From Raillietiella orientalis (taxonomy: Eukaryota), in NCBI GenBank assembly GCA_036172245.1, contig JAYWIR010000007.1, positions 3,162,001-3,226,000 on the forward strand: a stretch of 64,000 bases of DNA. Direction: 5' to 3'. Every line of letters starts with the position of its first letter. Position 1 is the first letter of the stretch. Below the pieces are notes generated by a model that was given only the letters and a program-made list of their open reading frames with translations, was not told where the DNA came from and ran no database searches. Made by a program: the position numbers and the translations under genes. Positions 40,789-53,089 of the stretch are shown here, piece after piece.

Positions 40789-41333
40789 GTGGCTGCGTTC
40801 TACGCGCTGGTACCAAGCATCGCGGGTTCTAATACCTCTGGGGAAAGGGTCGACGCCCAGAACGGGAGGAAGATGTCTTGTGTTCCGAGTGCCCCCCCGC
40901 AGGATGACGTTTGTTGGCCTCGGGAACGGCAATGATGGAAGCCGGAAACCTCCATTGACTGGCCGGGATTTGAAGTTGATCTCCCGGGATCTTTCCAGGA
41001 ACCAAGGAGCGCGGGTTCCTCACCGGTTGTGAAAATGGAGCCGAGAAAATCGCGTATCATGGGGCTGGTTGTCAGCCTTCTCGGGAAGTCTTCTCTCCTG
41101 ACTGTAAGGAGCGCTCTGCTCCCTTCGGGGTGCCCTCCAGAGAAATTGGTCGGTGTCCCTTGCGGGTTCCCTTCGGAAAAGAAATGAGGATCGGTCTCCT
41201 CCGAGAGGTCCCTCCCCCCAAGAGGTCCTCTTCGGATTCCCTCCCAGGCGTAAGAGCAACAAACTCCTTACTTCGGAGACTTCCTGGATTCATAGGGCAA
41301 TTCCCTCTCGCGGCACCCCTTAACTTGAAGAGA
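40789..41333 (-). repeat. Unidentified dispersed coding repeat, copy B
   Basis: Homologous to 22859-23543. Minus-strand peptides LQVKGCRERELPYESRK, PWFLE, VILRGG, PVLGVDP, AWY..RSH. Confidence 0.6.
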
Positions 41334-41599
41334 GAAATATTCCAAGATGGATTGCTGAAGCTCATGTTCGGAGACTACCGCTGATGTCCACGTGAGGATG
41401 AAGATTTCTGGTCTGTGCACGATGCAGAGCTAGGAATCGTGGAATTCCTTGATTTCGAAGCACCTAGACCAGGAGATGAGCTCAGCTTGTGTGGAACAGC
41501 ATGGCGCCTCAAAGCATGTCTTTTAGAACGGAGAATACCTAAGGCTCGCGGACTATAGATTTGTGGATGTGGGCCGAGGTGACCTATTGCTTTAAGAGC

Positions 41600-41980
41600 A
41601 TCGGTCTCCAGGGAGGAAGATGACCAGATGCAAATAAGATGTGGAGCAAGGGAGGAATCCTGACGTCAGCATCCTCATCTACAGACCGCCACACGACGAC
41701 CATCGAGTAATACGATGAAGCCCTGATCCTGGGAGAAGGCAGAGCTCATCACCCCAGGCGTGTCATACCCGTGCCAGAGCTACATCAAGAAGCACCGCAG
41801 GGCGCGAGAGGAAGAAGGAGAGCAAACGTAGACTACTGGGGCTCCATTTCGACACAATGCGCGTTCCTGCCACGACGAAGAGCATCGTGCTTGGATCCTC
41901 GAGACCTCAGGCTCCGGCGAACGACTAGCTGCGGATATCGCAAGCTCAGCTAGGAGATGATCCCTTCTCCCTGCCATCAA
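41600..41980 (+). mobile_element. LINE APE endonuclease fossil
   Basis: VSILIYRPP, then after a frameshift ALILGEGRAHHP, matching IYRPP..ILGDFNAHHP; then SCLD. Confidence 0.55.
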
Positions 41981-44900
41981 ACATCCTGCTTTCCGCTTCG
42001 ACGTTTCCTTAGCAACAAATTCAGCTTTTCTTCATTCAGAGATTGCAAGGATGCAATGCCCTCTCAGGTGACCAGCCTTAGTTCCTCAAACAGAAGTAGA
42101 ACTAAAATCCAAGAAACCAAGCTCAAGTCTGAAAGGACTAGTTGCTTCCATGAGAATATTTTGGAGCTGCAAGAGGAAGCTGCCACGTTATTCTTGGTGC
42201 ATCCTGGCATCCACACATCACCATCACCTTTGATCGATCAGTGCTCTATCGAACCTGGAGTTGCCTCAATTCATTCTGTGTACACTCTGCGTATATTTGT
42301 AAGGAAGTCTTATGTACACGAGATGTGCGCATGAGACAGTAAATGTGCTTCCTAAATGGGCGAACACAAGTTCAGATTTCTTGTTGAGTCTTCTTCCCCT
42401 TCTTCACGGAGTGATGCCGGATTTTAACTCGCTAAGGAAGGACCTGAGACCCCAGGAAGTGAAGAGCCAAGCGGTGGGCTCTGCTTCTGGTGAAAATGCG
42501 GACAGTGGGCTGCAAGACACGCAGGCATTGTGGTGAACTCCTCCAGCTGCAAAAAGGATGGTCTTCCTTAGGGAAAAATATCCTCAAGGGCTCCTCAAGG
42601 GTTGTGCGGCTTCTTTCTGTTCCTTGCTGCCTGCTTTTGCCCACGTCCTTACCCATCGTTCGCACTTCCACGGAAGCCTCGGAAAATTTTCTGCAGAAAG
42701 AAGAGCAGTCACCTGTAGCTGCTCGTGGGATGCTACCGATGTTTATGACATCGATCGGCGGCATCTTCCGAGCGTGAAGATGAGGATGGTTTTAGTACAG
42801 GAGAGTGTGAGCAAACGGTCCCTGAATGAGAAGAACAAGTTGTGATGTCTTTTAACTTCATGATTCACAGACATTGTTTCGTAGCATCATTATATCACTT
42901 TCAAATGCCATTCATCTCTGCAGAGCCTGATGTTGAACGAGAATGGTCTTCTCCTTTTGAATAAGAAATTCTTCAGACTTCCTCGCTTCTCCCAGAGCAA
43001 ACAGAAACAAAAGCGGTTGAAATTTTCCTTTTTTTTTCCTGCGCGCATTTTGGGCTTGTAGTGAAAAAAGATCTCTGCCGGGATAAGAACGAATCCAGGA
43101 ATTCGGGACTCCTTATTAAGAAAACAAACCAATCTTCCCTCTTTGGAAAGCTTAGGGCTGGAGGCTGAAAATGCGTTCGCATCGTGACGTCAGTGTGCGC
43201 GATCAGCATGGCGACCAACAATGCCATCTAAAGAGACAGCTACTACCACTTAAACGAGCCACTCAAAACCGTTCTTGCTTGAGGAGGGAACTCAGCGAAC
43301 CTCCAGACGGGGGTCGATTTGAAGTGGATCACTTCCTGGGAGCGGCAGTTCAGCCTGAGCAAGCATTGAGCAGCCTTCAGCACCCGGCCGTGCACTTCCA
43401 TGCTCCAGGAAGCGCCGCTGCTCCTCCTCCCGGAGGAACCCGGACTTTCAGATGCGGAGTCTAACCAAGTACCACGTTCAAGGAAATGGACAACAGCTCT
43501 CCAAGAAAGGGAGGGGGAGGGGGGATGTGCGAAGCGTAATGGAACGTGCTGACCAGGAAAGGATCCAAACAAAAGGCGTGGCGGCAACGTCGCCTCTCGC
43601 TTCCAACGGGAGCGATTCCAGTCAGCTTCCCCCCCCTCCTCCCCCCATTGCCGGCACGCGAAAGGTGAGCACTGCCACCGCTTTCCCTTCCTGAGGGAAA
43701 TGCAGCGACACGTGGCGCTTCCTGGTCCCCCCTGGGAAATCGGGAGAGCGTCAGACGAAGCTTCGGAACTGCGGCAGAGGTGTGTGAGTATTCTTGAGGG
43801 CGTCGATTAGCTTCCTCTTGCGACGGGAAGGAGTAGGAATTTGCGAGCCTGGCAGGCTGGAGGAGGAAGGGCAAGCTCGAGCCCGCGGACCGGGAAGAGG
43901 TCGAGTGCTGATGCCAGGGTACGGTGCGCGCGCCTGGGCGACTTCGGGACAGGAAGCTGCTGAATCACCTTACTCCTCCTCCTCTTCCCCCCATCGCGTC
44001 ACCTCCGGCAATCTGGACAGCTCCTGCCTTCCCGCCGCTGCCGGTGCCAACTTTCCTGAATGACCCGCACGGGTAAGCTCAAGCTGGAGTCGCCCCGGGT
44101 TTCTCGGAATGCGGCTGGTCACCTCGGAACCTGCTGTTCCCTCCAAAGTAGGGTTGCGGCCTGGCGGACGGCGGACGACGCACTCCGGGAATTCCAGCAA
44201 CTCCTTCGTGGCGAGGATTCTTCGACCTGACTACGCCAAGACCGATCTCCCCGCGCGCCAGGCTGGATCTCCTTTTTTTGCTGAGTCTGTCCTTCTTCGG
44301 GAGATTTTCTCCCGGGTGGCTGCCTCGACAGAGAAGAATCCATTTCCGGGGGGGATACCCCATCTTCTCTTTGAGCCAAGATGGGAATCCTCGGCGTGTG
44401 GTCCATCCAGCCACTCTTCACGAAGTTCTGCCGCTGGGCGTGCGCCTGTCGAGGCCACAGCTTTCCCTTCGCGTCCTCCCCCTTCGTCCGCGAGCACTCG
44501 AAAGCGCCTCTGCCCTTCCCTGGAAAAAAAAACCTGGACTCCCCAATGCGAGACTCCTCGCCTAGCAGGAAGAGAGAATGGTTGTTCGGGTCTCCCCGAA
44601 AATTGTGGGGACGAACGCAGAAAGGAGGAAACCCTTCCCTGGGATTTAGGGGATTTCCGTGGACCCTGGGGCTGCACGCAACTCAAACTCCCCAAGTCGG
44701 GTCCGCGCCGTCTTCTGCGCTCGCCGGAGCGACGGGAGCGACGTAGGATGCTGGAGAGCACACGGCTAGGGGCTAGGGTCTGCTGATCCCCCTAGGCGCC
44801 CTCGACTACCCGTTCCCGGCTTTTCGAAGTCACCCCTGTCACTTCCTCTTCTTCCGGAAGCTCTGAAATGCTCGCTGTCTCCTGGGGAAAAACCCGACGC

Positions 44901-45339
44901 AACAGAGGAGCCTCCTCCGTCGCGCAGGGAAACGGTTGCGATCCAGAGGACTCATCGCCCTCGGAGACGCCACATTTCCCGGATTAAAAAGCTCCCAAAA
45001 TGGACCATTCGGTCCGAGTTACACCCATCCTTTGGATCTCTGCGGGAATTTCGCGTGGAACTCACGGCGCGCGCAGGAATAATCGATTAAAGGTCCGCGC
45101 GCGCCACGTGCGGTCCTGCAGGGAACAAAACGTCGCGTAGGAGATCGTGGAGCCCTCAAGAGAGGGGAAGAAACAAAGCAAAACAAAACAACGGGAGAAC
45201 AAAGGCGAACCGTATCGAGTATCTGTTGGTCCGTGAAACGGATGCATGTCGAGACTGCTTCCTACCGTTTCGGAAATCTCCACGGATCATTTGCTCCCGG
45301 GTACAAGGACTGCCGTCCGGCAAGGTCCCAGCAGCGCCT

Positions 45340-45345
45340 TATAAA
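45340..45345 (+). promoter_or_regulatory. TATA box of the small secreted-peptide gene
   Basis: TATAAA in GC-rich flanks, about 100 bp upstream of the ATG at 45442. Confidence 0.75.
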
Positions 45346-45441
45346 CGGCGCCCGGTCCGGAGAGCAAACCAAATCGAACCAGTCCTCTGACTCCAGTCCG
45401 AGCACTTAGCACACACAGACGAAAGAAAGCACCGTCCGAAG

Positions 45442-45468
45442 ATGCGCGTAGCTGTCGGCACCATTCTG
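45442..45468 (+). CDS. Small secreted Tyr/Gly/His-rich protein, coding exon 1 (MRVAVGTIL)
   Basis: gaagATG start and CTG|GTGAGC phase-0 donor. The 55-bp intron 45469-45523 has a ctgat branch-like site, a pyrimidine tract and TTGCAG. Confidence 0.85.
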
Positions 45469-45523
45469 GTGAGCACCCCTTCGGAGAGGTTCTGATTCTC
45501 CCCTTCCCATCCTTCCTTTGCAG

Positions 45524-45629
45524 ATCTTGGCCCTGTGCTGCCTGTTCTACCAGGCGAAGGCAGCAGCGGAAGCAGAGGAATCCAAGAAAGATCTGGAAAC
45601 ATCCGCTTCCGGCTACTATGGTTACTATG
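45524..45629 (+). CDS. Small secreted Tyr/Gly/His-rich protein, exon 2 (ILALCCLFYQAKAAAEAEESKKDLETSASGYYGYY)
   Basis: Completes a hydrophobic signal peptide with an AxA site, then an acidic spacer. G|GTATGA phase-1 donor; the 56-bp intron 45630-45685 ends TTTTCAG. Confidence 0.9.
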
Positions 45630-45685
45630 GTATGAGATGAGTGCCCAATGAGGTTCACGAGAGAGACAACTGGAATGGTTTTCAG

Positions 45686-45801
45686 GCTACCCCTACAGAT
45701 ACGATCACGGCTACCACCACGGATACTACGGATACCCTTACCATCATGGATACCCTTACAACGGATACGGTCACTATGGCCGCTTCCCATACTTCTACTG
45801 A
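45686..45801 (+). CDS. Small secreted Tyr/Gly/His-rich protein, exon 3 (GYPYRYDHGYHHGYYGYPYHHGYPYNGYGHYGRFPYFY*)
   Basis: Phase-compatible with exon 2 and continues the same GY repeat. TGA at 45799-45801; 82 aa in total. Confidence 0.9.
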
Positions 45802-45868
45802 ACTTGTAACTGAGGCAACCACGCTGCAGTCTAGAGTTCTGCTAGAATTTCGAAAGATGCAGAAATGA

Positions 45869-45874
45869 AATAAA
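45869..45874 (+). terminator. Polyadenylation signal AATAAA of the small gene
   Basis: Canonical hexamer starting 68 nt after the stop codon. Confidence 0.7.
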
Positions 45875-48800
45875 ATGAAACCATTGTTCAATGGAGTCTG
45901 TTCATTCCGCTGTTGGCCACTTCCAGAACATGAGCTTTCCATGTCCGATGACATGAAGAGCTGCAAGAACCGCATTGCAGTTCAGCTCTTGCAGTGCATC
46001 GATAGGCGTCTCAAGACCACCAGCTCACCTCATTTGAAGGAGATGGGGTGTGCCATCTCTGCTCCCTTCCCGAGCCGGAAGTTTACTTTGGACAATAGGG
46101 AGGTGTCCTCTTCCTTGGAAGCGTTCCGCTTGTTTCCTGTATGAACCACGAACAAATAGGTGGTGCGTCCCTTCGCAAGACTTTCAAGACTCCGACCCTC
46201 AGGAAGTTGAGACCTCAACGTCCCTGCTGTATTGCATGGAGCACCTGCTCTCCTTCGTGAATTTGGGAACGCCGAATGCCAAGTCTGGCGGCTCCAAACC
46301 TGGAGAGCAGCCGGTGTTCTCCCTGATTCGAAGTGTCCCTTTCGAAAGGTGACAGTAAATTCTTTTCCGCCTCCGAGGTTTATGTGTCGACACAGAAGTC
46401 TGGAAAACAGATGAGTTCCCGGTGGAGGTTCTCCGACCTTCAAAGTCGTCTACAAGGGCCGAGGATTCAATCGGTCTGGTAGGGAGACAGCAGGCTGTGC
46501 CTCCTTGCCCTTACTTTGAAAATGTTTCCAAAGATAGGGAACGGAACCTATTTATTCAACCGTTTGGGGCTCGCGTTCAAAATGCCCAGCCCTGCAGTTG
46601 TTTCTGTCTCTCCTTAAAGGCAGTATCGGATTCTTCGAAGAGAGAGAAAACTCTCTATGGTGGCAACTCCTGTTCAGTTCGTTCAGCTCTCCATCTGCCG
46701 GCGAACGGGACGCTGCTCCTAACACATGGTCTCGGGAGTACCGTGTGTTGTGTGGTAGCGCCGTGCGCTTCTTGCAGCCTGGGAACTTCAAGTTCCCTCA
46801 GGACTTCATCGTTTCTCAGAACCTATAGTTCCAGAAAGCTCCACCAGCGGCTGCGCTCGTCTGGAAGAAAGGAACGATCCAGTTCAAATTTGCTAGCCCA
46901 TCTTCGCCGATCCCCCTTTGACGGCACCCTCGATCTTTTTTGGTACAGAACACCGCCAGGATGGTGATTCAATCTTTCTTCCAGAGGACTGGATCCAACA
47001 GGTTTCCAGTCGTCTTTCGGGATTGGCTGATCGCAGGCTACCAGTTTCCATGTTCTCGCATTGCTTCTTAAACTTGATATCCATACTGTCAGGAATATTG
47101 GCGCCTGAAACGTCGTGTGCGATGGCTGAGAGTATGACTTGGTGCCTGGAGCTGTTACGAGACTCCACCCATCTTCTGCACTTACAGTACACATTCTCCT
47201 TCGCCAGCGCCACTCACTGTGGTGGTGACCTCATCCTTCTCTGCTGAAATGCTACCAGCAGTTCTTCCACGGATTGAACTCGACATTTCTTACTATGGGG
47301 TGGTAACGAATTGAAACCCTGTTCCCCAAACCCACTGCACTTTAAGAATTCTTCCACGAGCGCTGTTCTGAGTCCTCACATTAGTTGTGATGAAAGACTC
47401 AGTGACGTTGGCACATTCTTCATCTCTTCTTTGTTCTGGATGCGCACGAGGTTTACTTTGAAACGAGGTCAAAGTAAACCTCGAGTACCGGAAAGTGTAT
47501 CTCCTAAGGTTCGTGGAAAGACGACGGACCTGGAAACCATCCATGGACAGCTGCTGGGTCCCCAGCAAGATCCAGCAACCTCCCTAACACCTCATCCGGA
47601 ACTTTAAAATGAGGTGTTCTTGTCGTCTTTCCACACGACAGCTCGAGAAACATCCAGAGCGCGATACTTTGCCTCCATGTAAATCAGCGTGCGCGGAGGA
47701 TTCATTCCACTGATGGACTGATTCTCTCATACCCATCGTATTTTCAGCAAAAGGTATCTCTGTTTATTTTACTCCTCGACAGCTGCCAAAATTACGTTCA
47801 CTCCGCCTAATTGCATACCTCGCTCGAGCGCGCGCTGCTTTCGTACCTGCCACTTGTTGAGTCGGAGGCTGCATCTACCCTTTAGGGAGCAAGCAAGCGC
47901 GAAAATTCCTCTTCTCTCTTCTCTGGGACCCTCCGAACTCCGTCAAACAGAAGGTAATGTCGGGGACATTTCCCACGAAAATTCTCCCAGGATCCTTGAG
48001 TTTTCACCCGAACCTCTGAACTCTTTGATTCCCGTTCCTTTCATTTCCTTGATTGCATGAGCGGGAATTCTCATGGCAAAGTTTCTGGAACGGATCCCCT
48101 GCAACTAACCGTGATGTCGATGCACCCGCTCTCGGAAAGGATGAGCCCGAAGCGCATCCACGACCGCATGCGATGTTTTTCGACAACTGAACGCTTTCGG
48201 AAGACATTTGTTACTGTCCACTCATCAAGAGCTTTCACACTTTCATCCCTTCACATATCATGACATACAGATGGGTTTCCATAGGAAGCGCATTGGTAGG
48301 ATATTCGCGTAAAAAAGATCACACATCCCCGATTTTTCAAGTGATAAGTCCATGCACGGGGGGACCCTTCGGATCTCAGTAGAAAAATGTTAAAGGTCTG
48401 CAAAGGTCCAGCAAATGATGAAAGATTCCCAAGACCGTTTCCGTGAATCCAGATAGGCTTAATCGCATCAACTTGCGGATGGACGGCCTTCCTACCACAC
48501 TGCAGATCTCGTTGGTTTCTTCATGAATCCTCACTCCCCAAATGTCTCATGTACCAGCAACTTCAGATGAATTTGAAGTTCAGGGAAAAAACGAAGTTCC
48601 ACCCACCTTCAATTTCGTATGTGATCGATGGCGAGGTAAAAGAGAGGATCCTTCCTACACTGAAAAGGCACCGAAAAGACGAGCACATCTTCGGCGCTGA
48701 AATCTCGACTGACGTGGTTGAAAATTAAACTTCTCCCGCGTGGCCAACGTACGGAGCGCTTTCTCAATTCTGTAGTGTCTATTTGAATGTGGATACTTGA

Positions 48801-51800
48801 ACCTCCACTCTAACGTATTTGATGGGTATGGTTACTGCAAACGGAAGAATAATACCTTCAAACCTTGAGGGGAAACTAACCAGGCCACTCAAAGACAGTT
48901 CCAGAGAACCGAGAAGAACTTTCTCGAAAGACCTGCGAATTCTCAGAGTTTAATAGGATTCGATTACTGCTCAGATCAGACTCATTATGGTGAGCAGCCA
49001 TATAAACCCTTTCCTAAATAGAATGAAGATTTTTCCTCTCCCACACTCTTGTGTTTCGTGCTGGAAGCGGGGATGTGCCCTGCTTAATCCTTTATCTCGT
49101 CAATCGTAAGGAGCAGAGCTTGAGGTAAAAACCGGTTGCTCCTCAGGTTGCAACGCCATCATCGGATCACCTACGCGCGAGCTCATGCAGTGGAACATTC
49201 GTACGACTCATCTTTATGGAGGTCGGGTATTCCTTCCGTTCTAGCATAGGGAGTGCCCACTGCCGGGAGTGACTTCCGAAAGTCAGCAACGTTCCGACTT
49301 CCGAGGTCGAGCGCTTACGGCTCTTCATCCCCGTCCGCATCCTCTGGATGCAGATGCTGCTCATTCTGAAGCTGGAGGGAGCTACAGAAGGGAGAGAGGC
49401 ACTTGGAGTAGGTGTGGGCCTTGTGGCGCCTCTGGAGATGGGAGCCAACTTTTCACCAAGTGACTCCGGGAGTTTTATTTGGAGAAAAGAGAAGAATAAA
49501 CAAACAAGCTGGAAACGCATCTGTCGAAACAAGGATCCCAGCATGCATGGTCCTCGAGGGAAAGACTTGGAAGCTCCCCCCGCTGAAGCAGATCCTCCAC
49601 CTGGGAACCAGGAATGGCGGCTTCGATCGTGGTTTTGCCGTCAAGGAGTTTCGCACTTTCGAAGTCGTGCAGAAGAACTCCAAATCCGCCGGCTGGCAAC
49701 CTCTCTTAGGGCAGGAGGCGCTGCGGCACGCGATGGGGCGGTCAGACGAGCCCACTTCGTTGAGTTCTGGGGGACAATGGAGACTGGCAGGCGAAGCAGA
49801 AGAGACGCTGCCTCTCCTGCTCCGGATCCCGTTGCGTCTGCTGGTCCTTTCGGCTCTTGAATTGGAAACTATCTGACCTTGAAATTTAGACAGGAACTGC
49901 CGATGAACCCCCAAAGCGATCTCGGAGCGGTCGTTCTCGTCGAATCAGTAAAACCGAAATACCAGTAGAACAGGGAACACTTGACCAGCAAAGAAGAGGA
50001 TTTGTACGGAGCGAGAAAACAAGGGTCCCAGCAAGCAAGAAACAATAAGAGACAAATGAATTTCGTGTAAAATGAGGAAGCGACTCTAAGCGAAGGTATT
50101 CAAAGACTTTGATTGGCTCAGCGGGGGGGCACCTTGGATCCGTGAGTCGTTCTAGCAGAGTCGGGAATGATGAAATGACAGTAAAAGCGTGTCTGAATTT
50201 CTAGGAATTCCACGCTACTATAGATTTGCCCAGCAGCAGGAGCACAGGATTCATCTGCTTCGTCACATAGGCTGTGGAGACGTTGCCAAGAGATCGAAGA
50301 CCTGAATAACAAGCAGAAGAACATAGTGAACAACTCAACCGTAAACCCTGGATGTCAATGAGAAGCAGCTGTGGAAGCGGAAAAAAAAAAAAAAAATGAC
50401 GTCGGAACGAATGAATTTGCACATTCGAGTCTGTCCCGGGGCAGCACCAAGAGGACGAACTTCACAGAGGAGGGAAATTGAAACGAATGGATGTGTTGAG
50501 TGCTCATTCCTCCCGGTGAATGCATGGTTGGGTGCAGGTGCCATTAGCAGGATGAGTTGCTGAGAAGAAATGCTGTCTATCATCTTCCGGTTTCACGAGC
50601 GCTTTTGAATGAGAATATTTTGCTTGGAATGCATCTTTGGAGAAGAACTTCGATAGACTACTCTGATATGAGCGGCCTGGTGACTCCCTCAACCCTCTCT
50701 TCACACCCGGAAGACACTGAGCTTGCCATTGACTTCTGAGATAATTTACTGTAAGTGCAGATATTCCTCGAGAGTGGCGTAACTTCACCGAGAGTCAGAT
50801 GCATGTCCTCAAATGGAAGCTCAGGTGACCCTTTGCCCGGAAGACAACCATCTTCTGCCAGAAATATGCGTTCGAAAAGACCCGTTCCTGCAGCTAGTAG
50901 GAAGTAAGCAAAGGTGGATGCGGGAAAGGCGAGCATTCTGAGTATCAGCCAGAGAACTGGAAACGGGAAAGAGAATATATGCTGTAGAAATAAAAATGGA
51001 ACGCACAATGCACAGCACCAGTAGAAGGGCATGGCTAACTTTGGAGCTTCAGCTTTGGAACAAGAATGAGTGGTGATGGCATTAAGTATCACAGCTGCAG
51101 GAGGAAAAGGAATGCGGAAATCTTTCTACTTCCGATTAGGAGTACCTGAAAATGGTAGTGGCTTCAGGTGTAAATAGAAGGATGGGGAGTCTTGGATGAA
51201 ACATAAACAAATGATTCAAGAGAGGGAGGGGCTCAGCCTAGGGAATTAGCAGCCTTGGAAGACATCGCTCAGAGAATCTCGTGTTTTGGCAGCTGACCTC
51301 AGCTAACTCTGTTCCTCATCACCAGTCTGGACACGTAGTCCAAGGAACACCAACAAACAAGCGCGACGGCTCGCGACATCTCCATGTTCGCTTCGTTGAG
51401 CCATGCCAGCTTTCCTTTGGAGCTAATGATTTCCTGTGGAGCTCATAACCAGATGGGAAAACCGGTTGCTGCTGCAGAACTCACTTTGCGACGCTGCGTG
51501 GGCGAAGCTTGAGAGGGCTCGAAGGTATCGGGTTATCCCGGGAAACATGTCCAGGACTCGGGAGCGAAAACTACCGGTAAGGGAATGGGAGCAAGGAATG
51601 AGCGTCTGGCTATGAGCTTTCATCCGTATGTCTTTCGTATGAAGAGCGGAAGGAGTTTGTAGTCCAGAGGAAGGAACCTCCGGACTCTGTCACTGGAGAA
51701 CTCTCCAGGCTCATGTGATGAGGAGTAAAAAGGAAATCGGAGACTGCGCACTCCTTTCAATAGGTGATGGAATGAAAAAAAGCCTCTTCCTGGGTTTCGC

Positions 51801-51949
51801 TTAAGAAATCTGAGAAGGAAACGGAATTGAAGCGGCAAAAAGCTTGGACGAAAGAACAAAAGCGGGAAAGGGAATTTCAATCTTCCGGGGATGATCCATC
51901 GTTGAAAGCAATCACCGGGATGTATTGGTTCTAGAGAGCTTACTGTTGC

Positions 51950-52450
51950 GCCAACTCTCGGCGAAAGGCACATTTGCCTGGTTCTGCAGCGAGAGAGGAG
52001 AGACCGGGCGGGAAAACAGCACAAGCGAAGCCTGAGAATGTTTTGGTTCAGCCCGCTACTTTCAGAAAGCTTGCTTGCTCCTGGCTTGCGAGAGGAAAGA
52101 ATCAATTTCACACCGGAAGCTGTGCGAGAGGAGTTCCGTGCTCCTAGCTGCCCAAGGAAAATGACACTGGAGGAAAATGTTGAGGTCTGCATTCCTTCCG
52201 CTCTCGAGGGCGTGAAAGGAGTAGCGACTTCTAGCGAGTGGTCACCCAGTCAGGCTCCCCCGAGGGGCGCATGTGGGATACCAGATGCCAACGTGAGTGA
52301 AAAGAAGGAATGGTTCTTGGGGATCGAAGGGACGTCTTCAGAATACGGAGAAAACATAAGCTGCGTCACCAAGTACGCTGCAGGTGGATTTCTACTGAAG
52401 ACACGCGCGATGACTTTGCTGTTCTCGCACTGAGATCTCCGATGTAAACA
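51950..52450 (-). mobile_element. LINE APE endonuclease fossil
   Basis: PLGGA (cf. GGVA) and SVIFLGQLGARNS (cf. VIxLGDFNAR). Confidence 0.3.
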
Positions 52451-53089
52451 CTGAAATTCGTCATTCTTCAGGGGTTTTAGCAACCTCAAATCGAAGAAGG
52501 TGAGAGGACTTCATTTGCGCATCCGAGGACTTCTTCCGCAAACGATGTGCCGAAAGACACAGCGAATGACCAGGCTGTATCTTCGCTATCGAATCATCCT
52601 CCCGATTTCATCCTCCGCTTGAAGATTTTCTCTCCTAGAGGTACGATCACTTAGGCTGATGCGCGAACTTATCTTTCCATTAGAGTATTAGATGAGGATT
52701 GGATTAGAGTATCTTAAAGCACATCATCTTCCTCAGCTTAGGCATGGTTTCCTGATAAACTCGTCCTCATTCGAATCTCATGAACCCAGGAATCCTGCGA
52801 CGATCGTCCTGATGGTTACCGCTTCATCTATGTGTTCCCTTATCGATGAAGTAGAGAACTAGTCCTCTTTGTTTCTCTCCTGTTTTCATGTTCTCACCAC
52901 TAGTACTTTAGCAGAATATGAATTCCAAGACATCTACTGTTGACCTTAGCCCGAAGCATTGCATCTCATTGTATTTTGCGCTCCGCTACGTCAATGGGTT
53001 GATCGGCGACCAGTTATGTCCCATTTTTCTTAGCATCCCTCTCCATACGGGCCACCGTTCTGTCGTACCTCTTCTGGATGATCCTTTCC

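Noticed and set aside
40770..40840. tRNA/SINE B-box-like GGTTCTAATACC
   Set aside because: No cloverleaf seen; better explained by the coding repeat on the opposite strand.
45641..45868. Thr-rich 75-aa ORF (also 45287..45790 on the minus strand)
   Set aside because: Alternative-frame and antisense shadows of the spliced GY-rich gene; the plus ORF starts inside intron 2.
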